64,000 nt of DNA from an uncultured Thermoplasmata archaeon (GTDB taxonomy: Archaea > Thermoplasmatota > Thermoplasmata > UBA10834): contig CAVRDX010000001.1 of the NCBI GenBank assembly GCA_963719945.1, positions 512,001 through 576,000 of the forward strand, given 5' to 3'. Below the pieces are notes generated by a model. The model worked only from the letters and a program-made list of their open reading frames with translations, was not told where the DNA came from and did no database searches. The position numbers and the translations under genes were made by a program. This document shows positions 1 to 9,118 of the stretch, in pieces. Numbering within the stretch: the stretch's first letter is position 1; each line of letters starts with the position of its first letter.

Positions 1-469
1 TCAGTATATCACAGATAAAGGCGGACCTGAAGACTCCATGATGTCTATCGCCCTGTCCATCGGGGATTCCACTGTAACGGCATCGCTGATCAATACTGGC
101 GAGCCGCATATGATAATCTTCACCGACGACATAGATGCGGTCCCAATGGTGAATATCGGGACACATGTCAATAAAGACAGAGCACGATTCCCAAAGGGGA
201 TGAACATCAACTATGTCCAGATCACGGGGCCTCATGACATAAGCGTGAGGACTTACGAACGAGGAGTCTACAACGAGAGCATGGCCTGTGGCACGGGATC
301 GACGGCATGTGCAGCGGCCTCACTGATGCTAGATAAGATACAGCCTGGAGCCGTCAACGTCAAGACTCTAGGCGGCATGCTCGTCATAGAAGTAGATGAA
401 AATGCGAGAGCGGTCATGACCGGTCCCGCAGAGAAAGCGTTTGAAGGGAAACTGACGGTCGAGGTATGA
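1..469 (+). CDS. dapF: Diaminopimelate epimerase, C-terminal part (5' truncated by window edge)
   Basis: Motifs NTGEPH, GMNINYV, RTYERGV..ESMACGTG (second catalytic Cys), GGML, MTGPA. Confidence 0.9.
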   Translation, partial: QYITDKGGPEDSMMSIALSIGDSTVTASLINTGEPHMIIFTDDIDAVPMVNIGTHVNKDRARFPKGMNINYVQITGPHDISVRTYERGVYNESMACGTGSTACAAASLMLDKIQPGAVNVKTLGGMLVIEVDENARAVMTGPAEKAFEGKLTVEV

Positions 470-504
470 TGGATAACTGGCATCCTCGAACCGTGTTTCT
501 TTGA

Positions 505-1881
505 TCACTTCGCGGACTTCATCTTCTTGAGGACTTCCTCTGCAGCCTTGAGCGTGTTATCTATGTCCTTATCGGTATGCTCAGTGCATGTATAGAACGG
601 CTTGTCCGGATGGAAGTGCATGCCCCGTGCCAGCAGACCGTAATCGAACTGCTTCCGCGCGGTTTCATCCATCTTGAGGGTATGCCTGTAATCGCGGATA
701 TCGTCCAGCTTCTGGCCCTCCTTCCCGAACAGAACATTGAACGTCGATCCCGGACCCAGGGCTTTCGCATTGAATCCAAGCCTCTGGAACAGGTCGTTCA
801 ATCCATCCTGGAACTTGTCCGTGATCCTCATGAGGTATGGATAGGTCTCTGGCTGCTCCAGTATATCCATTGTCGCCATGCCTGCGGCCAATACCGTCGG
901 GTGTCCGTTGAATGTACCTCCATGGAAGACTCGATTGTCCTTTGCGCGGGTGACAGGGTTCACGACATCCATTATCTCCTCTTGTCCCAGGAACGCGCCA
1001 CACGGGAATCCGCCGCCGATGATCTTTCCGAGGCACATCAAGTCCGGAGTTATCCCGACCATGGTCTGTGCCCCACCGAGCTTATCCATCCTGAACCCGG
1101 ACATTACCTCGTCGAATATGAGGATGATATCGAGCTCCGTGGTGGTCTCCCTGACGGCCTTCAGGAACTCAGGTTCCCCTTCGATGAAGCCACGCTGTAC
1201 GGGCTCCATGATAACCGCTGCCAGGTCGTTCTTGTGGGCTTTCAGGAGCCGAATCGTGTCGTGGATATCGTTGAATGGGAGCACCTGCGTGCTCTGAAGC
1301 GTGTATTCTGATGTCCCCAGGGAACATGCGACGGCCTGAGGCGCGGCTTCGGGCCCTGCGACCTCTTCGCTCGGGGTCAGGCTCACTAGAGCCTCATCGT
1401 AGCATCCATGATAATGCCCCTCGAACTTAGCAATCCTGTTCCTCTTTTTGTATCCCCTAGAAACTCTAAGGGCGTGGAGCGTCGCCTCAAGTCCTGAATT
1501 GGTGAAGCGAACATATTCCGCGCATGGGAATATCTTTTCCAGACGCTGAGCCATCTTTGCTTCCATCTCGTGTGGAGCGCCGAATATCGCAGTTCCATCA
1601 GTGTCCAGCTGCTTCTTGATGGCCTCATGGACCTTTGGATGTCCGTGGCCGAGGATCATGGGCCCGAAGCATAGCATGTAGTCGATGTATTCGTTCCCGT
1701 CCAGGTCCCATATGTGGGATCCCTTGGCCTTGTTTGCATAGACAGGGTATGGCGGGTAGTACTTGACGTTCCCCGTCACGCCTCCTGGCAGGTACTCCTT
1801 CGCGAATTCGAACCATTTGGCGCTCTTCTGCGTTTTAGCCTTGTATTCAGCCACCGCGTCGTATGGTGTCATTTCAATCAC
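505..1881 (-). CDS. Class III PLP aminotransferase, HemL-like fold; probably a beta-amino acid or beta-aminoacyl-CoA transaminase rather than true HemL
   Basis: WDLDGNEYIDY, FTNSGLEA, YHG, FDEVMSGFR, GKIIGGG (PLP Lys). N-terminal PGGVTGNVKY and HGGTFNGHP differ from HemL PGGVNSPVR and QAGTLSGNP. Start overlaps the upstream stop (GTGA). Confidence 0.8.
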   Translation of the reverse strand: MIEMTPYDAVAEYKAKTQKSAKWFEFAKEYLPGGVTGNVKYYPPYPVYANKAKGSHIWDLDGNEYIDYMLCFGPMILGHGHPKVHEAIKKQLDTDGTAIFGAPHEMEAKMAQRLEKIFPCAEYVRFTNSGLEATLHALRVSRGYKKRNRIAKFEGHYHGCYDEALVSLTPSEEVAGPEAAPQAVACSLGTSEYTLQSTQVLPFNDIHDTIRLLKAHKNDLAAVIMEPVQRGFIEGEPEFLKAVRETTTELDIILIFDEVMSGFRMDKLGGAQTMVGITPDLMCLGKIIGGGFPCGAFLGQEEIMDVVNPVTRAKDNRVFHGGTFNGHPTVLAAGMATMDILEQPETYPYLMRITDKFQDGLNDLFQRLGFNAKALGPGSTFNVLFGKEGQKLDDIRDYRHTLKMDETARKQFDYGLLARGMHFHPDKPFYTCTEHTDKDIDNTLKAAEEVLKKMKSAK

Positions 1882-2645
1882 CCGAGGTATATCTTCTCTG
1901 GATCGAGCGCTCTGAGCGTGGAGATCTCCTTCTCGGTCGGTGGAGGGGTATTCTCCAGCTTAGGCGAGACCTTCAGATCCCATGGAGTGTTCTCCTTTAC
2001 CTTCTCCACAGTAGCTCCTGGGTGCAGGGACACCAGAGTCATCTCTCCAGTGACCTCATCGAACTTCATCGTGCCCAGGTTTGTTACGACGGCATATGGG
2101 CCGCCGCCCTGAAGCCCGAGCTTCTTCCAGGCTTCTTTTCCGTCCATGAATCCAGGACTGGTCTTGAAATCGACCTTCTCCACGAATCTGCGCTTCTCAT
2201 GTGGAGTTATCACTATGATCTTCTTGACGTTCGAGGCAATGTCACAAGCGCCACCGCTTCCAGGCAGTCTTACCTTAGGCGTCTTGTACTTGCCGATTAT
2301 CGTGGAGTTGATGTTGCCATATTTGTCGATCTGCGCCCCTCCGAGGAATCCAACATCAATCCTGCCGCCTTGAAGATAGTATGCGAACTGTTCGTACATC
2401 GAGCATACACTCTTCGCGCCGGTGACGAGGCATGGGTCCCCTATGGACAAAGGCATCCTGCTAGGGTTGGAACCGACTGCTCCGGACTCGTATACCATGT
2501 TGAGTCCGGGTGCCTGCAACTTCTTCGCGAGGTTGGCTGCCAGGTTGGGTATTCCCACACCGACCAGGACAGATTCTCCGTCCTTGAGTTCCCTCGCAGC
2601 GACTATGACCATCAGCTCACTTGGTGAAACTTCTGTCATCTTCAT
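1878..2645 (-). CDS. Family I CoA-transferase beta subunit (glutaconate/3-oxoadipate CoA-transferase type)
   Basis: VGVGIP, YESG (catalytic Glu), FLGGAQIDKYGNINST, LPGSGGACD; AGGAGG RBS before ATG 2645. Confidence 0.88.
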   Translation of the reverse strand: MKMTEVSPSELMVIVAARELKDGESVLVGVGIPNLAANLAKKLQAPGLNMVYESGAVGSNPSRMPLSIGDPCLVTGAKSVCSMYEQFAYYLQGGRIDVGFLGGAQIDKYGNINSTIIGKYKTPKVRLPGSGGACDIASNVKKIIVITPHEKRRFVEKVDFKTSPGFMDGKEAWKKLGLQGGGPYAVVTNLGTMKFDEVTGEMTLVSLHPGATVEKVKENTPWDLKVSPKLENTPPPTEKEISTLRALDPEKIYLG

Positions 2646-2652
2646 GACCTCC

Positions 2653-3570
2653 TCATACACTCCCATAATTCACAGGGGCACTGTAAGCTGCCTTCGGAAG
2701 GAGCTTCAATACCTTCTCTGACGAGAGCTTCTTCATGTATGCCGCACGGTCCTCCACTCCATATACCCACTCATCGAGGTACTTCATGGTCGTCTCGTGC
2801 TCCTTCGTTACATCATCCCATTGCATGTAGAACTCGTTATCCCTGTCGTAATATCCCTGGGTATAGGAGGGATGCGCACACCATGGCTCGCAGACCACCG
2901 CATGAGAGATGAAATCAGGTATCAAGGTCCTGTTCGGATCGGACCGGATGACCGACTCATCAACTATCTCCTCACAGCTTATGATGACCTTCTTGGCAGC
3001 GAACGCTGCATCCTTCTGTTCGCCAGTTATGCCCCAGATGTGACAGTTGCCCATAGCATCTGCCCTCTGGACATGCACGACGGCGACATCAGGGTTCAAG
3101 GGTGGCACGATGGATACCTCCTCGCCAGTGTACGGGTTGTTGATGGTCTTCATCAACGGGTTCTCTGGTGGCAGGTCCGAGCCGAGATTGGTCCTCATCG
3201 GGAGGAACGGCATCTTGGTGGCTCCCGCAAACAATCTTCCCGAGAGCCCGAAATGTGTGTACTCCTCAATCTCGATTGGATTTGGAACGCCCTTCTCAAG
3301 AGCCCTTCTGAAGCATCTTAGAGAGCCAACGCCAGGGTTCCCAGCGTAGCTGAACATCATCTTCTTGGCGCAGCCAGCTGCGATCATCTGGTCATAGATG
3401 ATGTCCGGCGTAGCTCTGCACAAGGTGAGGTCTTTGCGCTTCTGCCTGATGATCTCATGTCCTGCAGCGAACGGGATCATGTGAGTGAATCCCGCCAGGT
3501 ACACGGTGTCCCCGTCCTTGACGAACTTTGACACCGCTTCCTTCATTGTCATCGATTTCGTCGAATCCAT
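2653..3570 (-). CDS. Family I CoA-transferase alpha subunit (GctA-like)
   Basis: GFTHMIPFAAGHEIIRQ, PDVAVVHVQRADAMGN, HPSYTQGYYDRD; GGAGGGG RBS before ATG 3570. Confidence 0.88.
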   Translation of the reverse strand: MDSTKSMTMKEAVSKFVKDGDTVYLAGFTHMIPFAAGHEIIRQKRKDLTLCRATPDIIYDQMIAAGCAKKMMFSYAGNPGVGSLRCFRRALEKGVPNPIEIEEYTHFGLSGRLFAGATKMPFLPMRTNLGSDLPPENPLMKTINNPYTGEEVSIVPPLNPDVAVVHVQRADAMGNCHIWGITGEQKDAAFAAKKVIISCEEIVDESVIRSDPNRTLIPDFISHAVVCEPWCAHPSYTQGYYDRDNEFYMQWDDVTKEHETTMKYLDEWVYGVEDRAAYMKKLSSEKVLKLLPKAAYSAPVNYGSV

Positions 3571-3571
3571 A

Positions 3572-3997
3572 TCAGTTCCCCTCCAAATCGGGTGTGAACT
3601 TGAAACCATATCGGATTACGCCTTCTTCGACATAGACCTTCTTCAACTCCGCTTTGACGGGCATATCGAACTTGACCTCTTTCGGGTTGACATCGCTCAT
3701 CTGGCCTATGACCTTGGGGCCTTCCTCTAGCTCAACGATGGCGACAGGATATGACCCGCCGGACCTCATCTGTTCAGCGAACTCCGGAGGAGCGCCACCA
3801 GCGCCGATCAGAACGAAGGTGTGTATCTTGCCCTTTCCGCTGAGTTGGATTTCATCGAACTCGGACGAGGCGTTGCAGTACTTGCACACACCCTTCGGGG
3901 GGAAGTTGACGGCCCCGCACTTCTTGCACTTCTGGCCGACCATCTTGTATCTCTGGGGTATTGTCCTCCAATACATCGGGACTGAAACATGTGCCAT
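3572..3997 (-). CDS. DUF35 family Zn-ribbon/OB-fold protein (thiolase scaffold, PhlB-like)
   Basis: CKKC..FPPKGVCKYC Zn ribbon, ELEEG, YGFKF terminus; adjacent to thiolase and HMGCS-like genes. Confidence 0.92.
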   Translation of the reverse strand: MAHVSVPMYWRTIPQRYKMVGQKCKKCGAVNFPPKGVCKYCNASSEFDEIQLSGKGKIHTFVLIGAGGAPPEFAEQMRSGGSYPVAIVELEEGPKVIGQMSDVNPKEVKFDMPVKAELKKVYVEEGVIRYGFKFTPDLEGN

Positions 3998-4008
3998 ATC
4001 TGTTCACC

Positions 4009-5025
4009 TCACTTTAGGGCTCCCTTGAGTTTGAGGTATTGGATGTAATCGATGTACTCCTTCTTCTCAAGCTGAGCCTTCAGACTCGGATTTGCTTTCC
4101 TCTCGCCTACCACTTTGAAGCTCATTGCATCGCTACCGGCGCCAGAGCCATAGGAGACTACCATGATCCTGTCACCGACTTTTGCAGATTCGAGCGCGGA
4201 CACCAATCCAACCGGAGTCGACGCCGCTCCCAGGTCTCCCATTGTAGCGGAAACCATGCTGGATGCGAGCTTCGCAGGATCGATTGTCAGTTTTCCAGCG
4301 ACTGATGCCGGGGCCTTCGCATCAGCCTGATGAATAACCACATGGGCATAATCCTCGGGTTTGGAGCCAAGCTTCTTCATCAGCGAAGAGCAGGCCTTTG
4401 TCGTTGTGGAAACAAATGCAGATGCTGAGAACTTCTTTACACCCAAATCTTGGATCATGTCCTCGTTGGATGGTCTGAAGCGCTCACCGAAATGCTCCAT
4501 GGCATAGGATGCAGAACCCTCGAATTCCGCCATCAGGTTCTCCGAAGACAGAACGAAACCAGCAGCACCTGCGCCGAGGCCATGCTCCGTCGAATCCCAC
4601 ATGCTCGCCTTTGGCGCGTCACAAGCAGCAACGACCGCTACACCACTCGGATTCGCCTTGAGATGCTCGAAGGCAGATATCAACGCCTCCGTCCCTGCGC
4701 GCGTTGAGGAAGTATGGTCGCTGCAGAATGCAGAGTTCGGCATGCCGACATTTACGATAACTGTGCCAGACAACATCTTCTCTAGGTACGGTGCGGATGT
4801 CGATGCGAATGCGAACCTCGACACCTTATCTGCCGTCATCGGTACGGATGCCAGGGCACTTTTCGAGACCTTCGCAGCGGCTGTGAGGACGTCCTCATCA
4901 AAGCTCATCACCGACTTCTCGGCCACTCCTGGCGCCTGGAATGATCCCCATACCTTTGCATAATCTTCCTTCTTGATCCTGAGCCGTGGGACATATACCC
5001 CATATCCAGATATTCCAACTGCCAT
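4009..5025 (-). CDS. HMG-CoA synthase-like protein lacking the catalytic Cys and Glu (PhlA-like)
   Basis: Archaeal HMGCS fold motifs GYGVYVPRLRI, DED, GAGAA, SYGSGAGSDA, YIDYIQY. DHTSSTRAGT replaces FACKAGT and ASTSAPY replaces GSESHPY. Confidence 0.85.
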   Translation of the reverse strand: MAVGISGYGVYVPRLRIKKEDYAKVWGSFQAPGVAEKSVMSFDEDVLTAAAKVSKSALASVPMTADKVSRFAFASTSAPYLEKMLSGTVIVNVGMPNSAFCSDHTSSTRAGTEALISAFEHLKANPSGVAVVAACDAPKASMWDSTEHGLGAGAAGFVLSSENLMAEFEGSASYAMEHFGERFRPSNEDMIQDLGVKKFSASAFVSTTTKACSSLMKKLGSKPEDYAHVVIHQADAKAPASVAGKLTIDPAKLASSMVSATMGDLGAASTPVGLVSALESAKVGDRIMVVSYGSGAGSDAMSFKVVGERKANPSLKAQLEKKEYIDYIQYLKLKGALK

Positions 5026-5031
5026 CCAGAA

Positions 5032-6198
5032 TCACCTCTCCATAATAGACACGGAAACTGTGCCGCCGGACCCACCGACATTATGTATGAGCCCTCTCTC
5101 AGCGTTCTTGACCTGACGGACGGGTTTGTTGACCTGTCCACGCAGCTGGTTGAACATCTCATATGCCTGACCGGTCCCGGTGGAGCCGATCGGGTGCCCC
5201 TTGGATTTGAGTCCTCCGCTCGGGTTGATGGGCATATCCCCTCCAATCTGAGTATGCCCCTCCTCGATGAACTGACCTGCCTTCCCCTTCTCGCAGAATC
5301 CGAGATCCTCGGTTGCTAGAAGTTCGGCAATAGTGAAGCAGTCATGGACTTCAGCCAAGTTCATGTCCTTCGCTGTCCTGCCTGCCATCTTATATGCCTG
5401 ATCAGCAGCCCTTCTGCTGCCCTCGAGCGTGACTGTCCTTACCCTGTCATGTATTGCTAGGTAGTCACTCGATGTGCCGAAACCGGTGACATATATCGGA
5501 GTGTCCGTGAACTGCTTAGCGATCTCAGCATCGCATACCAGGACCGATGATGCGCCATCCGTAGTCGAGCAACAGTCGAACAGATTCAGAGGATATGCTA
5601 CGATCGGGGCCTTCATGGCCTGTTCCAAGGTAATCTCTCGTTGGAATTGAGCCTTGGGGTTCTGAGCCCCGTTCTTGTGGTTCTTCAATGCCACCATTGA
5701 TAGATGCTCCCTCTTGGTGCCGAACTCATGCATATGCCTGTGGGCTATGAGCGCGTAAAGACCCGCAAATGTAGTTCCAGCGAGCCTCTCGTATTCAGTG
5801 TCTCCAGACACGCCAAGCCAATACTTCTGCTTCATTCCAGAAACATCGGTCATCTTCTCGACGCCACCTGCTATGACCATCTTGTGGGCGCCTGAAAGAA
5901 CATCCATTATCGCGGCAACCAATGCATAACCACCGGATCCGCATGCGTTTTCAATCCTTACAGTGTGTATGTAGGGCAGTCCCGCGTACTCTGCGACAAG
6001 TGCCGACATGTTACCCAGCTGGAATCCACCGGACCCAAGGTTGCCAATGTATGCACCTTCGATCAGCTTCGGGTCGTAATTCTTGTCCACACTCGAAGCC
6101 ATGTCCTTGTACGCTTCAAAGAACAGTTCCTTTATTCCCTTCTCGGGAAATTCGCCGTACTTGCTCTGCCCTGCTCCGACAATCGCTACTTTCCTCAT
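5032..6198 (-). CDS. Archaeal (SCP2-type) thiolase / acetyl-CoA acyltransferase
   Basis: ENACGSG (nucleophile Cys), GVEKM, EVHDCF, GGLKSKGHPIGSTG, HNVGG. Confidence 0.92.
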   Translation of the reverse strand: MRKVAIVGAGQSKYGEFPEKGIKELFFEAYKDMASSVDKNYDPKLIEGAYIGNLGSGGFQLGNMSALVAEYAGLPYIHTVRIENACGSGGYALVAAIMDVLSGAHKMVIAGGVEKMTDVSGMKQKYWLGVSGDTEYERLAGTTFAGLYALIAHRHMHEFGTKREHLSMVALKNHKNGAQNPKAQFQREITLEQAMKAPIVAYPLNLFDCCSTTDGASSVLVCDAEIAKQFTDTPIYVTGFGTSSDYLAIHDRVRTVTLEGSRRAADQAYKMAGRTAKDMNLAEVHDCFTIAELLATEDLGFCEKGKAGQFIEEGHTQIGGDMPINPSGGLKSKGHPIGSTGTGQAYEMFNQLRGQVNKPVRQVKNAERGLIHNVGGSGGTVSVSIMER

Positions 6199-6513
6199 AT
6201 TAGGTCCCTCGCATCGCTCGCCACAACCTGCCACACGCACGAAGTCGTGCGACGGTCGTCAGCAGCCATTCTGCGAGTCTGGTATGGCAATTTTTCGAAA
6301 CACGAATCCGCCTATATAACCATTGGTGATTAACACACATCTCTGGACCGTTTTAGACAGCGTATTACGAATCCGTGTTATCGGTCACGGTCATTTGTTC
6401 CCTTTTTCGTAGTTTATAAACGACAGTTCGTAACAAGTTCGACGATAGCCTGAGCAGATGATAAATACGCAGTCTAATATTTAGTCAATCGAACATCTGA
6501 TGAGGTATTGCGC

Positions 6514-7785
6514 ATGAGGTCTTACAAGGATATTGCTCTGTGGAAAGACGTCACACCCGAAGAATGGAATGATTGGAAGTGGCAACTGAGAAACAGGATC
6601 ACGAGCGTAGACCAACTGAAGCAAGTAATCAACCTCACGCCTGAGGAAGAGGCTGGTGTCCGTGATTCGCTTAGGATTCTGAGAATGGCAATCACGCCAT
6701 TCTACGCGACCCTCATGGACCCTAACGACCCCCATTGTCCGGTTAGGATGCAGGCGGTCCCGACAGCCAAGGAGATCGATTTCAGCGAGGATGACATGGA
6801 GGACCCTCTCTTCGAGGACATAGACTCACCAGTCCACGGATTGACTCACAGATATCCAGATAAGGTACTCTTCCTGATAACCGATCAATGCGGCATGTAC
6901 TGCAGGCACTGCACTCGGAGGAGGCTCGCAGGTCAGACGGACACTGAAAGGGATTCTAATACAATCGATGCCGTCATAAAATACATCGAAGAGCACGAAG
7001 AGATACGCGATGTGTTGCTTTCCGGCGGTGACCCACTCACCGTGTCCGACAAGGTCTTGGAAAACATCATATCACGGTTGCAGGCGATCGACCATGTCGA
7101 GATTGTTAGACTGGGAAGCAGGACACCATGCGTCCTGCCTCAGAGAATAACACCTGAGCTATGCGATATGCTGAAGAAGCATCACCCCATCTGGCTCAAC
7201 ACGCATTTCAACCACCCAAAGGAGATAACCCCTGAAGCGAAAGCTGCTGTCGAGAGACTTGCGGACGCAGGTATTCCCGTCGGAAACCAGAGCGTTCTTC
7301 TCAAGGGCATAAACGATTGTCCAACGATAATGAAGAAACTCGTCCACGAACTTGTGAAGATGAGGTGCAGGCCATACTACTATTACCAATGTGATATGTC
7401 CCGAGGAATCGAACACTTTAGGACCTCTGTCGCCAAGGGTGTGGAGATCCAGGAGGCCTTGAGAGGACACACATCAGGATATGCCGTCCCATTGTTCATT
7501 GTCGATGCTCCTGGAGGCGGAGGGAAGATCCCGCTCAGTCCGAATTACTTCGTGAGCATGTCCGACAAGCGCATAGTGCTCAGGAACTATGAGGGCGGTA
7601 CTTTCCAGTACCCAGAGCCAAAGGACCGTGTCAGCACATGTCCACCTACCTGCAAGATGTGCAAGGATTACAGCAACATTGAGAGCAAGGAAGGTGTCGC
7701 GGGTGTTCTATCTGGAAATAAATTCGCGCTGATACCAGAAGGGAACGCAAGGGCCGAGAGACGCAAGCATTACGACAAACACTGA
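6514..7785 (+). CDS. kamA: Lysine 2,3-aminomutase (radical SAM, PLP)
   Basis: LTHRYPD, CGMYCRHCTRRR, SGGDPL, YQCD and VDAPGGGGK (Asp residues typical of lysine rather than glutamate aminomutases), C-terminal CPPTCKMC. Confidence 0.93.
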   Translation: MRSYKDIALWKDVTPEEWNDWKWQLRNRITSVDQLKQVINLTPEEEAGVRDSLRILRMAITPFYATLMDPNDPHCPVRMQAVPTAKEIDFSEDDMEDPLFEDIDSPVHGLTHRYPDKVLFLITDQCGMYCRHCTRRRLAGQTDTERDSNTIDAVIKYIEEHEEIRDVLLSGGDPLTVSDKVLENIISRLQAIDHVEIVRLGSRTPCVLPQRITPELCDMLKKHHPIWLNTHFNHPKEITPEAKAAVERLADAGIPVGNQSVLLKGINDCPTIMKKLVHELVKMRCRPYYYYQCDMSRGIEHFRTSVAKGVEIQEALRGHTSGYAVPLFIVDAPGGGGKIPLSPNYFVSMSDKRIVLRNYEGGTFQYPEPKDRVSTCPPTCKMCKDYSNIESKEGVAGVLSGNKFALIPEGNARAERRKHYDKH

Positions 7786-7882
7786 CGGCCTTATCAAACC
7801 CCTTAGGAAGCCATTTTGTTTAAATCCGAAACAATTAAGAATGAATATCATATCTTCGGATTCAAGCCTGCGAGGCGAGCCT

Positions 7883-9079
7883 ATGGACAGGAACATTCTA
7901 ATTGAGGAGTTGACGCACACTCCAATTGAACAACAGACTGTTGAATTCGTCGAAAGAAAAGGTATCGGCCATCCGGATAGCATTGCGGACGGGCTTGCCG
8001 AGAGTGTAAGCCGTGCACTGTCTCAGATGTATATCGAGAGATACGGAAGGATTCTCCACCACAATACTGACGAGACCCAGATCGTGGGTGGACAGTCTGC
8101 ACCGAAGTTCGGTGGCGGCTCGATCCTCGAGCCGATATACATACTCCTAGTAGGAAGGGCTACCACGAATGTCAATGGCGAGCGACTTCCGTACAGAACT
8201 GTCGCAATGAAGGCGGCATATTCCTACCTCGAGAAGACGTGCAAGAATCTCGACGTCGATTGGGACGTAGTCCTTGACTGCATGATCGGCCAGGGTAGCG
8301 TTGACTTGACGGGCCTCTACGAAACCCAGAGACTGTTGGCCAACGATACGTCGTTTGGTGTTGGATTTGCACCATTCAGCGAGACAGAGAAGATAACTCT
8401 CGAAACTGAGAGATACATTAACGGCAAGCTCTGGAAGAAGATGCCGGAGGTAGGCGAAGACGTTAAAGTCATGGCCTGCAGGAACGGCTCTAGCATCGAT
8501 CTTACAGTTGCGGCAGCGATGGTATCCTCCAAAATTCCAGACAAGAGCCACTACAAGAGCGTCGTAGAGGAACTCCGGGAGAATATCGCTGATTTTGCAT
8601 CAAAGTACACTAAGCGGAACCTCAGAGTGTTTGTCAACACGGCGGATGACTACAAGAAGAACATCTATTACCTGACAGTATCCGGCCTTTCGATGGAGAA
8701 CGGCGACGATGGATCTGTTGGCAGGGGAAATCGAGCTAACGGCCTCATCACGCCGATGAGGCCCATGAGCATGGAGGCATCAGCCGGCAAGAACCCTGTC
8801 ACACATGTCGGTAAGTTGTACAACCTGCTCTCGATCAGGGTTGCCGATGAGATCTACAAGATGGGCAAGGGTGACATACTGGAAGTTCACACGAGGATAC
8901 TGTCACAGATTGGAAAGCCCATCGATTATCCACAAGCGGCGAGTGCCAACATGATATTCGCGCCCAATGTGGACAAGAAGAAATATCAGAAGGAAGCAAC
9001 CGCAATCTTCGACGAGAAGCTCGCGACAATAAACAAACTGACTGACGAGATCGTCGCTGGTAAGTTGACAGTATTCTGA
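7883..9079 (+). CDS. mat: Archaeal-type S-adenosylmethionine synthetase
   Basis: [57 protein letters not shown]. Confidence 0.95.
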   Translation: MDRNILIEELTHTPIEQQTVEFVERKGIGHPDSIADGLAESVSRALSQMYIERYGRILHHNTDETQIVGGQSAPKFGGGSILEPIYILLVGRATTNVNGERLPYRTVAMKAAYSYLEKTCKNLDVDWDVVLDCMIGQGSVDLTGLYETQRLLANDTSFGVGFAPFSETEKITLETERYINGKLWKKMPEVGEDVKVMACRNGSSIDLTVAAAMVSSKIPDKSHYKSVVEELRENIADFASKYTKRNLRVFVNTADDYKKNIYYLTVSGLSMENGDDGSVGRGNRANGLITPMRPMSMEASAGKNPVTHVGKLYNLLSIRVADEIYKMGKGDILEVHTRILSQIGKPIDYPQAASANMIFAPNVDKKKYQKEATAIFDEKLATINKLTDEIVAGKLTVF

Positions 9080-9118
9080 GAAAACCTATAAACCCTGGAC
9101 ATGGGTCCTTTACAGGAC

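Noticed and set aside
505-1881. Assigning the symbol hemL
   Set aside because: HemL signature motifs are altered and no tetrapyrrole genes are nearby.
4009-5025. Functional HMG-CoA synthase, or a pseudogene
   Set aside because: Catalytic residues are missing, but the ORF is intact and operonic, so a pseudo-enzyme fits better than either call.
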